A DNA stretch of 64,000 nt from the human T2T-CHM13v2.0 reference genome, Homo sapiens. The position numbers and the translations under genes are program-made. Location of the stretch: the NCBI RefSeq assembly GCF_009914755.1, contig NC_060929.1; one strand, given 5' to 3'. Positions 38,801 through 51,896 of the stretch are shown piece after piece. The stretch's first letter is position 1. Every line of letters begins with the position of its first letter. The notes below the pieces were generated by a model. It did not search any database, was not told the DNA's origin, and saw only the letters and a program-made list of their open reading frames with translations.

Positions 38801-41749
38801 CACCAGTGGACAGTTACATCTGCCATCCCCTAAATTAGAGCTATTTGTCCTCATAGAATTAATTGCAGAAATAAATAAAATTTATCTTCAATGTTTGGCA
38901 TGCTATCTTAAAAATTAGAATTCATGAGCTCACATTTTCAATAACTCACATAATAAATATAGACAAACGGATGTTTTAATGCAAATTTAATACACAGTAG
39001 TTAAATTAATGATTTTTCTCCACTCGTTTTTAATTGAGAAAAAAATCCTCAGAGCCACACCATATAAATCAAACTTGCCAAGCATGTTTGCGTGATAGAG
39101 AAGTCGGCACGTTCACAGGCCATGCATCAAGATCCGATTTGTTTAAAATAAATGGCTCCTGTTTCCAGCTCCAAACGCAGCATCATGCTAATACATATTC
39201 CTAACTGGCCATTTATTTCCTTTTTCCCCCTCTCTTCTCAGTTTTATATTTTCTGGATTGAAAACATAACCAAGGACGTTGATTCCCAGAGGCCACGTGG
39301 GTCAGGAATGCTGTGTTCGGTAGGATTAAAGATGTGATGAAGCTTCTCCCACCACCTCAAATGCAGAAAGGCAAGGCACCTGCTTCAGAACTGGACTTGG
39401 GCTGCTGGATGGTGCCGCAGGAGCCCTCCCTGCTGGGGCGAAGGTGGGTGCGGGCACAAGGAGATGGTGAAGGACGGGACCCTGGACGTGGGCTCTGCTA
39501 ATTGCTGCTGCGTGTAGCTCATCTTGCCTCATCCGCAGTGATTGCCTCTTGATTTCATGCTAGATGGCTATACTGCTATCAGGAGCCTCTTGGTGAGTTT
39601 GTGGACCATACCAAAAAGGCATTTTTATCACCGACTTAATGCCCCATGGCTGACAGGGAACAGGCGAGAGAGAGAAGTGATGCTACTGCTCGGGCATTAA
39701 AGGGATCATTAAGCTCTGCGTTCGGAAAGGTCTTGTTTTCAGTTAGATGTCAAGCTCAGGGCTGAAAGTGACGGGTAAGCAAAAGGTAGCAGGCGGGGAT
39801 GCTCACCTTGTCTGGGCAGCTTCTGCCCTGCACCCTCACCTTCCTCTGTCCTCCCCGACCCTCGCAGGTCAATGGCTGGGGAGGGAGGGTGCAGAGGGGA
39901 GAGCACCCGTGAGACTCCAGCCTAAGTCCACTTATTGGTTGCATGCCTCTAGGCAAGTGATTCAGCCTGGACTCCCTCCCAGTACTTGTTGCTTCTCTCT
40001 CTCCTGAACCTCCCAAGCGCAGAAAGGCAGCTACTGGCACTGACCTTCTCCCTTATCCCAGGCCACTTCTGCAACCAAGACTTCACAGTTTTCTCCCTCA
40101 AGTACCCATTGAGGCCTTTCTTTAATGCTTGGCAGACAGAGTTCCATACAGATTCTCTGTCAAACCTAATCCCTGGTCTTTCTGCCTTCGAGTATCCAGG
40201 GACTCATCATTGAGATATAGAGTTTGTGGAACATAAGCATTCAACCAGGGGACTCGAAGCATTTCAAGAAATGGGAAATTGTCCTCATGGTACAATTAAC
40301 TGGTGCATGGATATCACCCACGGTGATGGCAGTCTGGAGAGATGGCTCCATGTAAGGAAGAAATCAAGCATAATTGAGGGCTGCATAAATTACGGATGAC
40401 CTGGGGCAGCTGTAAATAATGAACATCCCCAAATAATTATTCATTGTTTTATTAGGCATCCTGCTTCTTTCCAAAGAGAAGCTCCAGGGATTGAGATGTA
40501 TTTGTGACAAGATTTAAATAGCAGACATGCTTCACTTTAGTCTACACCCAGAGGACCTGCTCCAAACAGCCTATAAATTCTTCTCTAGCAAATGGTTGGT
40601 AGCATCGAACTCTAGACTAAGTGAACAGGGCCTGTCCAGCCTTGGCAGGGTCAGCCAATCAGTGGCAACAGAAACACACAGTTCTAATTTTCAAAGGGCA
40701 TGGGCAGCATCTCCTCTGGTGCAAAGGACTTTCAGGAGCCTGCCCCTGGGGCTCAGCATCTCTCCTGGGATGGGGCCCATCCACTCTTTTGGATGGTCAT
40801 TGGATTTCTTTTGCTAGAAATCTGTCTTTGAGATGACAAACCCTTCCCCATTCGATTCAAGGTTTGTGCGCTTTGAATATGGCTCCTCGGAAGAAACATG
40901 ACAGCTGACATTGAGGCACGGTCCTTGGCCAGCTGCGTTGGGAAAGGGAAGCTAAAATGGTCCAAAGAGAAAATCTCCATCCATATAGCAGTGACCATCA
41001 AGAGCCTAGCACACGCTGTGTCTACAGAGAGGAAAACACCCAGATGTGCAGAATGTAGTGATGAAACAAGAGATATGTGTGTGCTTGGAGACAATGAAGT
41101 GCTGCATTCATGTGAGGGATGCTCACCCCTGTGGCTGCCAGAACACTCCTGCTGCTTTCTAGCACCTCCGCAGGCCCCACCCAGGAGGGAACTGCCTCAC
41201 CCCTCTCAGTGGGATTCTTGAGCCCTCTTGGGCACCCACAACATGATAGTCCTGGAAGGCTGGGACAACTAGCCAGGCATGAGCCAGAGGGTATGGGCTT
41301 ATGGCCAGTGCTGGCAGGAGGCAGGCAGGCCCCAATTCTCTGGGGACAGATGCCTGTGAAATCAGTCCCAATGCCTCCACTGGCAACTGCCTTAAAATCG
41401 CACACCCTCACTGTGTCCCAGCCGTGTCCCTGAGGCTTATCAGCTCTGACATACTCCCGATTCATTTATTTTTCTTATTCGCCACACAATCTCTTCTAGA
41501 GGGGCATCATTTCCCTGGCAAGTGGCACGGTTGTCAGATCACCTGATTAAGAGGTCTGCATTCATTACTGTGAAGCTGCCCAGCCCTGCATCTATGAGGC
41601 GCCCACAGGACAGCACAGGGGACTCTGTTCTGGGATTTTTGTTTTCTCCCCTGATGTCAAATAAAAATTATAATTATGAGCATCCTACATGTCTTCTATG
41701 ACAAAGCTGTCATCCCTCTGGTCCTTACTGGCCTTGGGAAAATAATCTG

Positions 41750-42012
41750 TGTAAAAGTGAACAGCCCAGACCCCAGAGTCAGACTGCCTGCTTTCAGACC
41801 CTGTTCCTCTGCTCACTAGCTCTGCGCCTTAAGCAGTGTCATCAAACTCTCCTCAGTTCTTCCATCTGTAAAATGGGGATGAGAGAAATGCCCACCTCAG
41901 AGAGTGGCCAATAGGGTCACATGAGGTAGTGTTACATGAGGTAGTGTTATAAGGTAATATTATAAAATGCTCACATTGTGTCTGGCACATGGTCAGTGCT
42001 TTATAAGAGTTA
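41750..42012 (+). mobile_element. MIR with internal 15-bp tandem duplication
   Basis: 'cagagtcagactgcctg', 'catctgtaaaatggggat'; acatgaggtagtgtt twice at 41919-41948. Confidence 0.8.
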
Positions 42013-43289
42013 CACGAATCAGTCAGGCCCATCCTTTGGATAGTTCATTTTATTCAGTGTCAGAATTAATTGTGTTTATTGGATGTGGCTCAGAAGCCAC
42101 CCCATTAACACAGTATGGATAACTGACGTGTATGCCCATGTCTGTGCAGAAGCTTCCCCTTATCCACACACGTTCTGTCAATACCTGCAGGCCAGGTGGG
42201 ATAGGCAGCAGAGGTATTATCATCCCCATTTCACATACAAAGGGACTTCAGGTCAGGGGATAAGGGAAATGACTTATTCAGAGTTACAAGGATAGAATAA
42301 AACCAGGATCACTTGACTCATGTGTTACTTTCATTGATGTTTACTCTGATCTGTGCATCAGGAATTAAGGTGTAGGCAACCCAGGCTGCCAGAGGGGAAG
42401 ACTCCGGAGAACTGACCTCTGCAGAAACACATTTTGCAATGGAAGTAAGATTGTGTGGGGAGCAGCCAGGCATGGAAGACTGGTCCATCTGGACAGTGGT
42501 TGGTGGGAAGAAGCAAAGGCTTAGTCTTGGAGGGTGAGATGTTCCCCGGGTGAAGGAGGCGGGAAGGGCACTGCAAGTGTGCACACAACAAAACATACAC
42601 AGGCACCAGAGTAGGAAACAGTGGCATGCCTGGGAGCCACAGGTTGCACAGTGGGACGAGCCTGTGGCCCAGGGCAAGTGTCGGGGGAACTGGGACTGAG
42701 GACCCCACATGTCACAACTCAAGGAGTGTGGACTCGATCCTGTGGTCAGCAGGGAGCCACTGAGAGGCTAAATAGGGGGGCATGGGTTGTATGGTAGGAT
42801 CTGCGTGATAGAAATACTAAGAAAAGTGATTGTGTGGACTGGACTGGGGAGGAGGGCAGTGAGCCCAGCGGCAGGGAGGCCAGGTTGGAGCCTTATGTCT
42901 TTTAATTCAACCAGCCCCTCTTATCTGCCAAACACTCTGTGGCGTGAGGCTAAGTGGTAAGCAAAACAAAGCCGCAGCCCTCTTGGAGTTTGCCTTTCAA
43001 TCCCGCAAGAGGTGATAAGCTCCTCAGCCCGGGTAGTGATATTCCAACACAGAGAGGAGGAGAGAGATCTGAGGAACACCCAGGGGGGCTTTACAGGGCG
43101 TCAGTTAAAACTCATTGCACACTGGAAGGGCTTTGGAAAGCCTTCCATTCTTCCTACTCACTAAGGAATGCCTCCAAATTCAAACATGTTTTGGGTTGCC
43201 AAAACCAGAAGGTGGTTTGTTTAGGCACGTTCCTTATTCTCCAAATGCATACATTCAACTTTCAAATTAAGAATTATAATTGATGATCT

Positions 43290-44068
<779 letters not shown>

Positions 44069-45340
44069 AAAAAGTTTTGGTGCTTTGTCATTGACTTGAA
44101 AATGCTTTATGACTCAGCCTCGAAACAGTCCTTGTCCTCCACTGTTCTCAACCCAGTCATTCTGAGGACAGAACAGAGATTCTGTAGACAGAGCTCACAC
44201 AGAAGATAACTGAATTTAGCCTCCAAGGGAGATAAATAGGTCTCGCTCAGGACTCATTTTTTTCTAAAGTCAATGATTCTGACTTCCTCAGTAAACATGT
44301 GACTGATGGGAAATATGACAGGGCCCACAGTTCTGATGACCTGCAAGGTGGAAACTTGTGCTTAGCTGCTGACTGTCCCGGACTTTCTGTTTTGTCCCTA
44401 CCACGGGGCCAGGGATGTCATCTGCTGGAGCCCCACGCCAGGCGAACTAAATTTCAGAGCCTGGAGAAACAAAGTCCTGTAGCCTCCTCACACGACTTGG
44501 TCCTTTAGCTCCTGGGTGTGGGTGGCAGCCGCTCACTCAGGGTGACAGGAGTCCTTGCTGCAGGCAGAGCGTCGCTAAGACTCTGGTGTCATTGCTTGGG
44601 TCCCCAAGCAGGGCCCTGCAGCCAGCCCCTTGCCATCTGCCCTCCCCGTGGTCCTCAGTGTTTTCCCCTGCTCCATATCCTACTTTTCTAACCCCTCCAC
44701 CCAGTCTCTCCACAGTGGCCCGGTTGGCCAGCCAGTTTCTTCCTTCCCACCTCTTCAATCTGCCCTTGCCTTAGTTCCACAACAATCTCCTCAGGGCTCA
44801 TCTTGGACCACTCCCTTCCCTTGTCCAGATAACTCCCAGCTAACCACACCTGGGGCATGGTACCCTACTTCTGAGGCAGGAGGTCCTCGTCAACAGCACA
44901 ACTGAACCCCAAACTCGAGAGCAATTATATAAGTTTAGAAAACATTGCTTGAGGCAATCTACAGTGCCAAGCAGCTACTTCAAATTCAGTAAGCCTTTTA
45001 AATACATTTGCATTTTTTTCCCACAATAGCCTCAATGTATTCAGGTACAGTAGTGGGTATATGTGTGAGAAAGATTATTTATTTGGTCTACAGATAGTTG
45101 CGTATGCTATGCTGGGCACAGGGATGGGAAGATCTCCTGCACAATCTCTGAGCCACTCAAGGAACCACAGTACCCTGAATAAAGAGAAAACTCTTTCCTT
45201 TGGGGATCCAGGTTCCTGTCCTTTTGACCCTGCCCTACTTTTTCAAGCTTATTGTTTCTTATTCCCCAAAATTCAACCCACAAACACAATCAGACTAGTG
45301 GTCTCAGCACTCTAAGTGCCCCAATAAAACTTCTCCACCA

Positions 45341-45660
<320 letters not shown>

Positions 45661-47454
45661 AAAACTTCCCCTGACCTCCCCACCGGAACTTCCCTTCCAC
45701 AAATCAACTCATCCTCATCTCCATACCTGTGCCCTGCTGGGAACATGCCTATCTCCTCTCTGTCACCTAAAATGACCCCCTCCTCCCATTATTCCATTAA
45801 TAAGATCAGACATAGATCTAGTCCCCGCCTCCAAAAGGGCTATCTGCCTGCCCAGCCTTCTCTGGATCCTATCTCATATCCAGAAAGGACTCCGTAGTTA
45901 GGACAAGAAAGAGAACCAAGGTGGAATTATGCCATGCTTGCTGACTTTGTCTTGCAAGCAAAATGCCACTTTCCTTAAATGAAGAATCATGACATATATC
46001 TGCTGCACCTCAAATATGCTTGGCATAAGAGATCAATAAATACCTAATGGCAGATTATAGTTATTGAAAACCTAGCAGTTGATCACAGTTCTTAGAGAAG
46101 GAATAAACCATTTTCAATTCCTGCCTGCATGCATATAGGACCCCATGTAGGGACTATCAAGCATCTGGGTGAATGATAAATTCCACTGATGCTCCAGATG
46201 TTTCTAAATATAAAGATGCAGGGCAAACACGCAGGGGATGAACTGAATTTCTGACTTTTGATGTGAACGTTTTGTGGCTATGCATATACAACCTAAAATC
46301 TTTTTTGTAAACCTTTGCCTATAGAGACAGTGACTTGCACATCCTCTGTCCAGCCATCTCCAAATTCAAAACTTCATATTTGCTTCTTCTAATAATTTTC
46401 CTCTGCCCACCTACCTGCTGCTCCGTTAACATGGGATGACTCAGAAAGAACAAGCCCTCCTTTGCTGTCACGTTTCCTCCACCCTGGCAGGGGCATCTCA
46501 GGATTTATGCTGTCTCCCAGAGAGCTCCATAAAAGATGAGCTAACTAGCGGGGAGAACTTTGGGAATCAGGGAAGCTCTGAGCTCGCAATCATAATCCTG
46601 CCATGCTTTGGATCCGAGGACACTGAATTAAACCTTTCTTCCCCTTTACCACATCGGTTTTTCAGGATGTCTCTGAAAAATCAATTTGGAAAGGCGTTTT
46701 GGGGAGAAAACAAATAAAATTTTGTTACTGAATTTTATTTAGAGAAAAATGCAGTACTTTTCTATAAAAATACAATTTGATTATATTACAATTTCATCCC
46801 TAATATGTGTTTCCTATGCCAAAGCATTCTTTAATGGATCAGAAATACATAATTGCCAGCCATATACTCTGTTGCAGCCTCCAGAAACAATGTATCTCTA
46901 ATGTCTTCTCTCCAGGGTCTGTATTCTTGGCAACACTCGGCCCAGACTCCCACCAGATGGATGCCCCACCCAGCTGGCAATGTCCTGCCAGCCAGCCCAT
47001 TATGATTACAGAGGTGGCTCTGACCCACATCTAAATTCTGAGCTGCCCAGAGCTGAGGGATCATTAACTTGAAGGCGTGGACCTCCCACATCATTTCCCT
47101 ATTTATTTCTGAATTCCTTGCTTCTATCCCAAGAAGGGTTTGAGGCTGAGTCACCACTGAACTCTCCTTTGGTCCAAGTCTCACACTGAACCCCGCTCTT
47201 ATTCATCCCTGTAGGACTGAATGCTCAAGACTGGGGTGAATGGAGGGAGGGTTACCTGGCCTCCACACTGACTCACTCAACAAGCAGAGAAATGGCACAC
47301 AAGAGGTGCTCTGTAAATAGTGTCAACAGGAAGCCACAGCCTGCACAGGGATAAGGGTCCATGTGAACTGTCCCAGAAGACAAACCCTCTTAAGTAGCTG
47401 AGAACATCTCAGTGACGGCAGGGGATGGGACACAGCCACCTGGAGCTGTATCTT

Positions 47455-48140
47455 CACCACTCACTGGTTTACTGAACACCTACCATGTGCAACCTATTAT
47501 ATACAAATTAATAGCACACTACACTATAGATAAAACAGATGTGTGCTTGGTCTCATAGAATTTACAGTCCAGAGGGGGAAAACAAATACTGATCAAGCAT
47601 CTATAGTAAAATGCAATGGAGAATTACAGCAAGGAGCTGGAAAGAGAGGTGCAGCAGGAGTGATGGGAAGCTGCCCTGAAGAGGTGTTTTAAACTGAGAA
47701 TGGAAGGAAGGGTAGGAGTCTGCCAGATGGATAAGAGGGCAGAGTCCTATTGGCAGGAAGTGTTATGGGGAGAGTAAGTGGTTTGTGCAAAGACTCTGAG
47801 GACAGCATGAGTAGGGCACATTCACGCCCCCAAGATGAGCCAAGTGCCTGGAGTGGACGGAACAGAGGCCACAAGGATCTTGGAGGAGGTTGGAGCCTTA
47901 GCGTGCGTTTCATCATTTGGTTACGGGGAACCACTGGGGGTTTGAGCAGGGGTGTGATGTGATCAGATCTCTCCCTCACGAAGATCCCTCTGGCTGTGAA
48001 GCATGGCATAGTGGCTGTTGTTAAGTAAGGTAAGACACAGTAAGAAAGGGCAGTGGCCTGGGCTTGTACAAGAAGAGCTAGATTCAGTTCCTGGAGGCAC
48101 AGCTTGCAAAGCACAGAAATTGACACGGAGAACCCCTTGA
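47455..48140 (-). mobile_element. L2 fragment
   Basis: 'tttactgaacacctaccatgtgc', 'gaaccactgggggtttgagcaggggtgtgatgtgatcagat', 'aagatccctctggctg'. Confidence 0.75.
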
Positions 48141-48349
48141 ATAGAGTGTTGGTGGAAGAGGCTGGGCTGTGGGGGCTCTGCCCTCTCCAGCAAAGGTGCA
48201 AATTCCATGTTCTCTGAGATGAGATCCTTACCTGTCTGGCCACAGGAGATGTGAGAGGAAGAAGTGGTGTCTTCCAAGAGTGAGCAGAGAACAGGTCAGA
48301 CTCCCTCTCACTTCCTGCTGCTCCCTTGACTTGGGGTTCCAACCTCCCC

Positions 48350-48640
48350 ATCCTGCTTATTATCCAGTGACTTCCTACTCAACCTTCACAGCCCAACCAA
48401 ATATCACTTCCTCAGGGGGCCTGCTCTGACCTCTCCCATTAGGTCAGGTCCACTGCCATCTGCCTCTGCTGCACTGTGTACCTTGCACCACTGCTCACAT
48501 CACAGCTGCGATGTTATGCTTCTTAATAAGAATATTTGAGCCACATATATCTCACCCTTATGTGGGTGCTCCATGATGGCAGAACTACAACAGTGCCTGG
48601 CACAGAGTAGGTGCTCAATAAATGCTTTTTGAATGAGTAT
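48350..48640 (+). mobile_element. L2 3' end
   Basis: 'caacagtgcctggcacagagtaggtgctcaataaatgcttttgaatga'. Confidence 0.8.
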
Positions 48641-49202
48641 GAACTAAACACAGCCACATACTGAGGAAGTTCTCTCACTCCTGGCTCACCCTTCTGGGTG
48701 GACAGGGTCTTGACAGGGCCATTGCCTCTGCTTTGCTGATCCAGCCCCACTGAAAAGCATATAGCTAGCAGAATCCAAACTTTACACTGACTCTCTCATA
48801 AACATTTAAAAATAAGAAAACTTTTAAAGATGGGCCATTCTGGAGCTGAAACAACATCCTCTCATAATTAGAAGATGAGGGAGACTTTTATGGGAACAGA
48901 ACTATAATCATCACACTTTATTACAAGAAATTATATACAAATTATACAATTATGAAAAATTTTTTGCATCCTCCCAAATTACAATACCCTATGCATCTCC
49001 TGAGGAAAATTGTACTCTGTTCCCACCCAGAGGGAAGGAGCGATTCTGATTTGACATTTTGAGAAGAACCGGCGTGGATTAGTGTCAGCAGCCATATTTT
49101 ATTGATAAACTGATTTACTTGGTTGCTGCAGCCCTGACCTCCCAAGGGCTCCGACTGCCACCTTGATATGGATAAGTGCTTCCTGTGCCAGACATTATGA
49201 GC

Positions 49203-49329
49203 TGTCTTAGTACATTTTGTGCTGCTCTAACAGAATACCTGACACTGGTTAATTTATGAACAATAGAAGTTTATTTGGCTCACAGTTCAAGAGGCTGGGA
49301 AGTCCAAGATCAAGGGGCTGCATCTGGTG
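49203..49329 (-). mobile_element. MST/MLT1A-type MaLR LTR 3' fragment
   Basis: 'tgtcttagtacattttgtgctgctctaacagaatacctgacactgg..ggctgggaagtccaagatcaaggggctgcatctggtg'. Confidence 0.8.
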
Positions 49330-49633
49330 TAAGTCTTGGAGTCTAAAGGTTGGAGACCCTGGAGTTCTGATGTCCAAGGGCAGAAGGAGAAGAGTTTCCC
49401 AACTCCAAGGTGGTGGGGGGTTGCTATTTCTCTGCCTTTTTTGTTCTGTCTGGGCCCCAGCCAACTGGTTGTTGCCCACCCACATTGAAGGCAATTCTTC
49501 CCCATTCAGTCCATAGACTCACATGCCCATCTCCTCCAGAAACCTCCTCACAGACATGCCCAGAAGGCATACCTTATCAGCTCTCTAGGTATTACTCAAT
49601 CCAGTCCAGGTAACACCTAAATTTAACCTTCCT
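49324..49633 (-). mobile_element. MLT2 (HERV-L-type) LTR 5' fragment
   Basis: 'ctggagttctgatgtccaagggcagaag', 'tgcccacccacattgaagg', 'cctcacagacatgcccaga..caatccagtccaggtaacacctaaatttaacc'. Confidence 0.8.
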
Positions 49634-50224
49634 ATAAGCCTTACCTGAATTCTATGTGGAGGTGCAAAGACTTCAAATTCCAGACTGAAATATTCCCTCC
49701 CATCCCCAGCAAAGCCATGAAAAGCATCAACTGATGCAATTTGTGCCTAGCATGGGGACAGGATCTGGGAGAGGAGATCAAGAACCTGCCCTCCAAAGGG
49801 TGCTGCCTCTGGACTGTGCTGTCCTCCCAGGCCCAGAGTGGGCCCCATCTGTGAGTGCCACAAAGGCCCAGATATGCCCGAGGGCCTAAAACTGAGTTTG
49901 CCTGGGCGATCTGCCATGTACCTCCTCTACACCTCCACTCCACAGAAATTCTTTAGTCTCCTCCTCTCAATCAACAACATTCACCCACAAAACATTAACT
50001 GAGCATGCGCTATGTGCCAAGCACTTTGCTAGGTGCTAGGGCACCGTGGACTGTGAAACTCAGCATGGTTCCTCTTCTCCTGGCGCTCACAGCCTAGCCT
50101 GGGAGACAGAAGCTGATCTGCATGCTCCCACATACACACATAAGCATGAGCTCTGTGTGGGAGCACACAGTACCCTCCTAGTGCTCTGGGTTCCTGCTTC
50201 TAGCACCTGTGACCATTCATCTTA

Positions 50225-50573
50225 TGTCTTAGTTTCTTCAGGCTGCCACAACAAAAATACCACAGACTGGGTGGCTTAAACCACAGAAATTTATTTCTCA
50301 TGGTTCCGGAGGCTGCAAAGACCTAGGTGTCAGTAAATCTGGTGTCTAGCAAGGGTCCTCTTCCTGGTTTGCAGATGGCCATCTTCTTCTGTGTCCTCAC
50401 ATGGCAGAGAGCAGAGAGAGCAGGAAGCAAGCTCCCTTGTCTCTTTTATAAGGGCACTAATCCCATCATGAGGGCTCTGCCTCCCGAAGTCCCCACTTCC
50501 TAATACCATCAGCTTGGGGGTTAGGGCTTCAACATACAAATTGGGACTGAATACAAACATTCAGTCCATAACG
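50225..50573 (-). mobile_element. MLT1A/MLT1A0 solo LTR
   Basis: 'ggctgccacaacaaaaataccacagactgggtggcttaaac', 'ttataagggcactaatcccat', 'caaacattcagtccataac'. Confidence 0.9.
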
Positions 50574-51240
50574 CCTTGTTTTCAGCCACTGTGTTGTGGC
50601 ATCAGATGAGGGCTAGGACCCTCAGGTCCCTCCCATCCCAGAGGCTTTCCAGCAGATATAGGGAGTGAAACAACAGACCTGCCAGGCCTGCCATGTTGCA
50701 GTTGACTGCAACCCTCTTTATTAGCCACTGCTTCCTCATGATCGTCATCATCAATGCCATCATAGCTACCAGCTTCTGAGCACCCACCAGCAATGAAGCT
50801 TCGCTAGCACATTCTCAACTTTCCCTCATGGTTGCAAACAGTTAACCTCAACTGTGCATACCAGGTTCTGGCTCACATTCGTGATCTGTGGTCCCAGACA
50901 CCCAGCACAACAGCAAGCACCCTCACCCACACTATAAGCTCAAAGAGAACTCCACATGTCAAATGTCAGAAGGGAAGGCAGGTTTCCCTTCTCAAATGTC
51001 AAAGCAAGCAGAACCTTTATTCCCCTTAAATTATCATTTTCTTCCAAGGGATTTGTACATAAACATAGTTCCCACTCAAGCAGTCCCCTCCCCAAGGACC
51101 AAAGAGGTCATAGCTGGAGACCTTACACCACTGACCTAACGGGGACAGCAGCCACAGTAAGGAAGATGCCCGGGATGCCACTGAACCCAACATTCAAGTC
51201 CAGCTCCTGCTTCAGCCAAGCTCTTTCAACTTGTCATCAT

Positions 51241-51896
51241 CAGGATCCTGAGGCAAAGCTCAGAGCCAGGTACTGCTCCTCTCCTCAGGGGGCCCCAGAC
51301 AAAGCCAGGACAGCTAGAGACCAAAGGCAACCCCCTCCCCTCCCTGCAAACCAGGAGTATGTAAGAATGTGGGAAGGGGAGATGGGACAATATGGAAGTA
51401 AAGATGTGAGTGACCTCCATGGAGGCCAGCCTTAGTAAGGTCTGTTCTTCCCATGAAGTGGAGCCCAGGTTCCAATGTCTGCTTCTGCTGGCTCCGTTCC
51501 TGATCAGGCCAGCCCACCTCCCTCATTCCTTCTGTTCTGAGATAAAGCCACACTTTTCCCAGCACTCCATCTCCATTTAAACTCTGGGAAAGAGTCTGTG
51601 CTCAGTACTTTGTATTCTTCACACACACAAACCCTGTGAGGTGGCTCTTATTCCCACTGTGTCGTCTAAAGAAGTTGCAGAGTAGCCTTTTCCCATGGCT
51701 GGTCCGTAGAAGCCTGCAGGGAGAACGCAGGGCTGCCCGGCTCTGAAGCCTACGCTCCTGACTTCCATATTGACCTCCTCTCTCCTCCTTCTTTGCTCAC
51801 TCCTGGTTTTCAGGGCATGCAGGGGACTGGGGGGTATCTTTGGTCTTCAGCTGTCCTGGCTTTGTCTGGGGCTCTGAGCTTTGCCTCAATATCCTG
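51241..51896. repeat. Imperfect long inverted repeat (arms 51241-51399 and 51761-51896, ~360-bp spacer)
   Basis: Reverse-complement blocks of 19/19, 24/24, 9/9, 16/17 and 12/12 nt in collinear order. Confidence 0.9.

Noticed and set aside
39071-39089. p53-like AAACTTGCCA/AAGCATGTTT
   Set aside because: The two half-sites overlap by 1 bp, so the geometry is non-canonical
41919-41948. Two TGAGGTAGT copies resembling the let-7 5' end
   Set aside because: A 15-bp tandem duplication inside a MIR; the rest does not match let-7 and there is no precursor hairpin
47689-48351. Longest ORF in the track (220 aa, minus strand)
   Set aside because: Overlaps an L2 remnant, shows no recognisable domain and has no supporting exon structure
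51697-51706. GGCTGGTCCG, identical to the Y-RNA 5' end
   Set aside because: Match stops after 10 nt; no Y-RNA body or 3' stem
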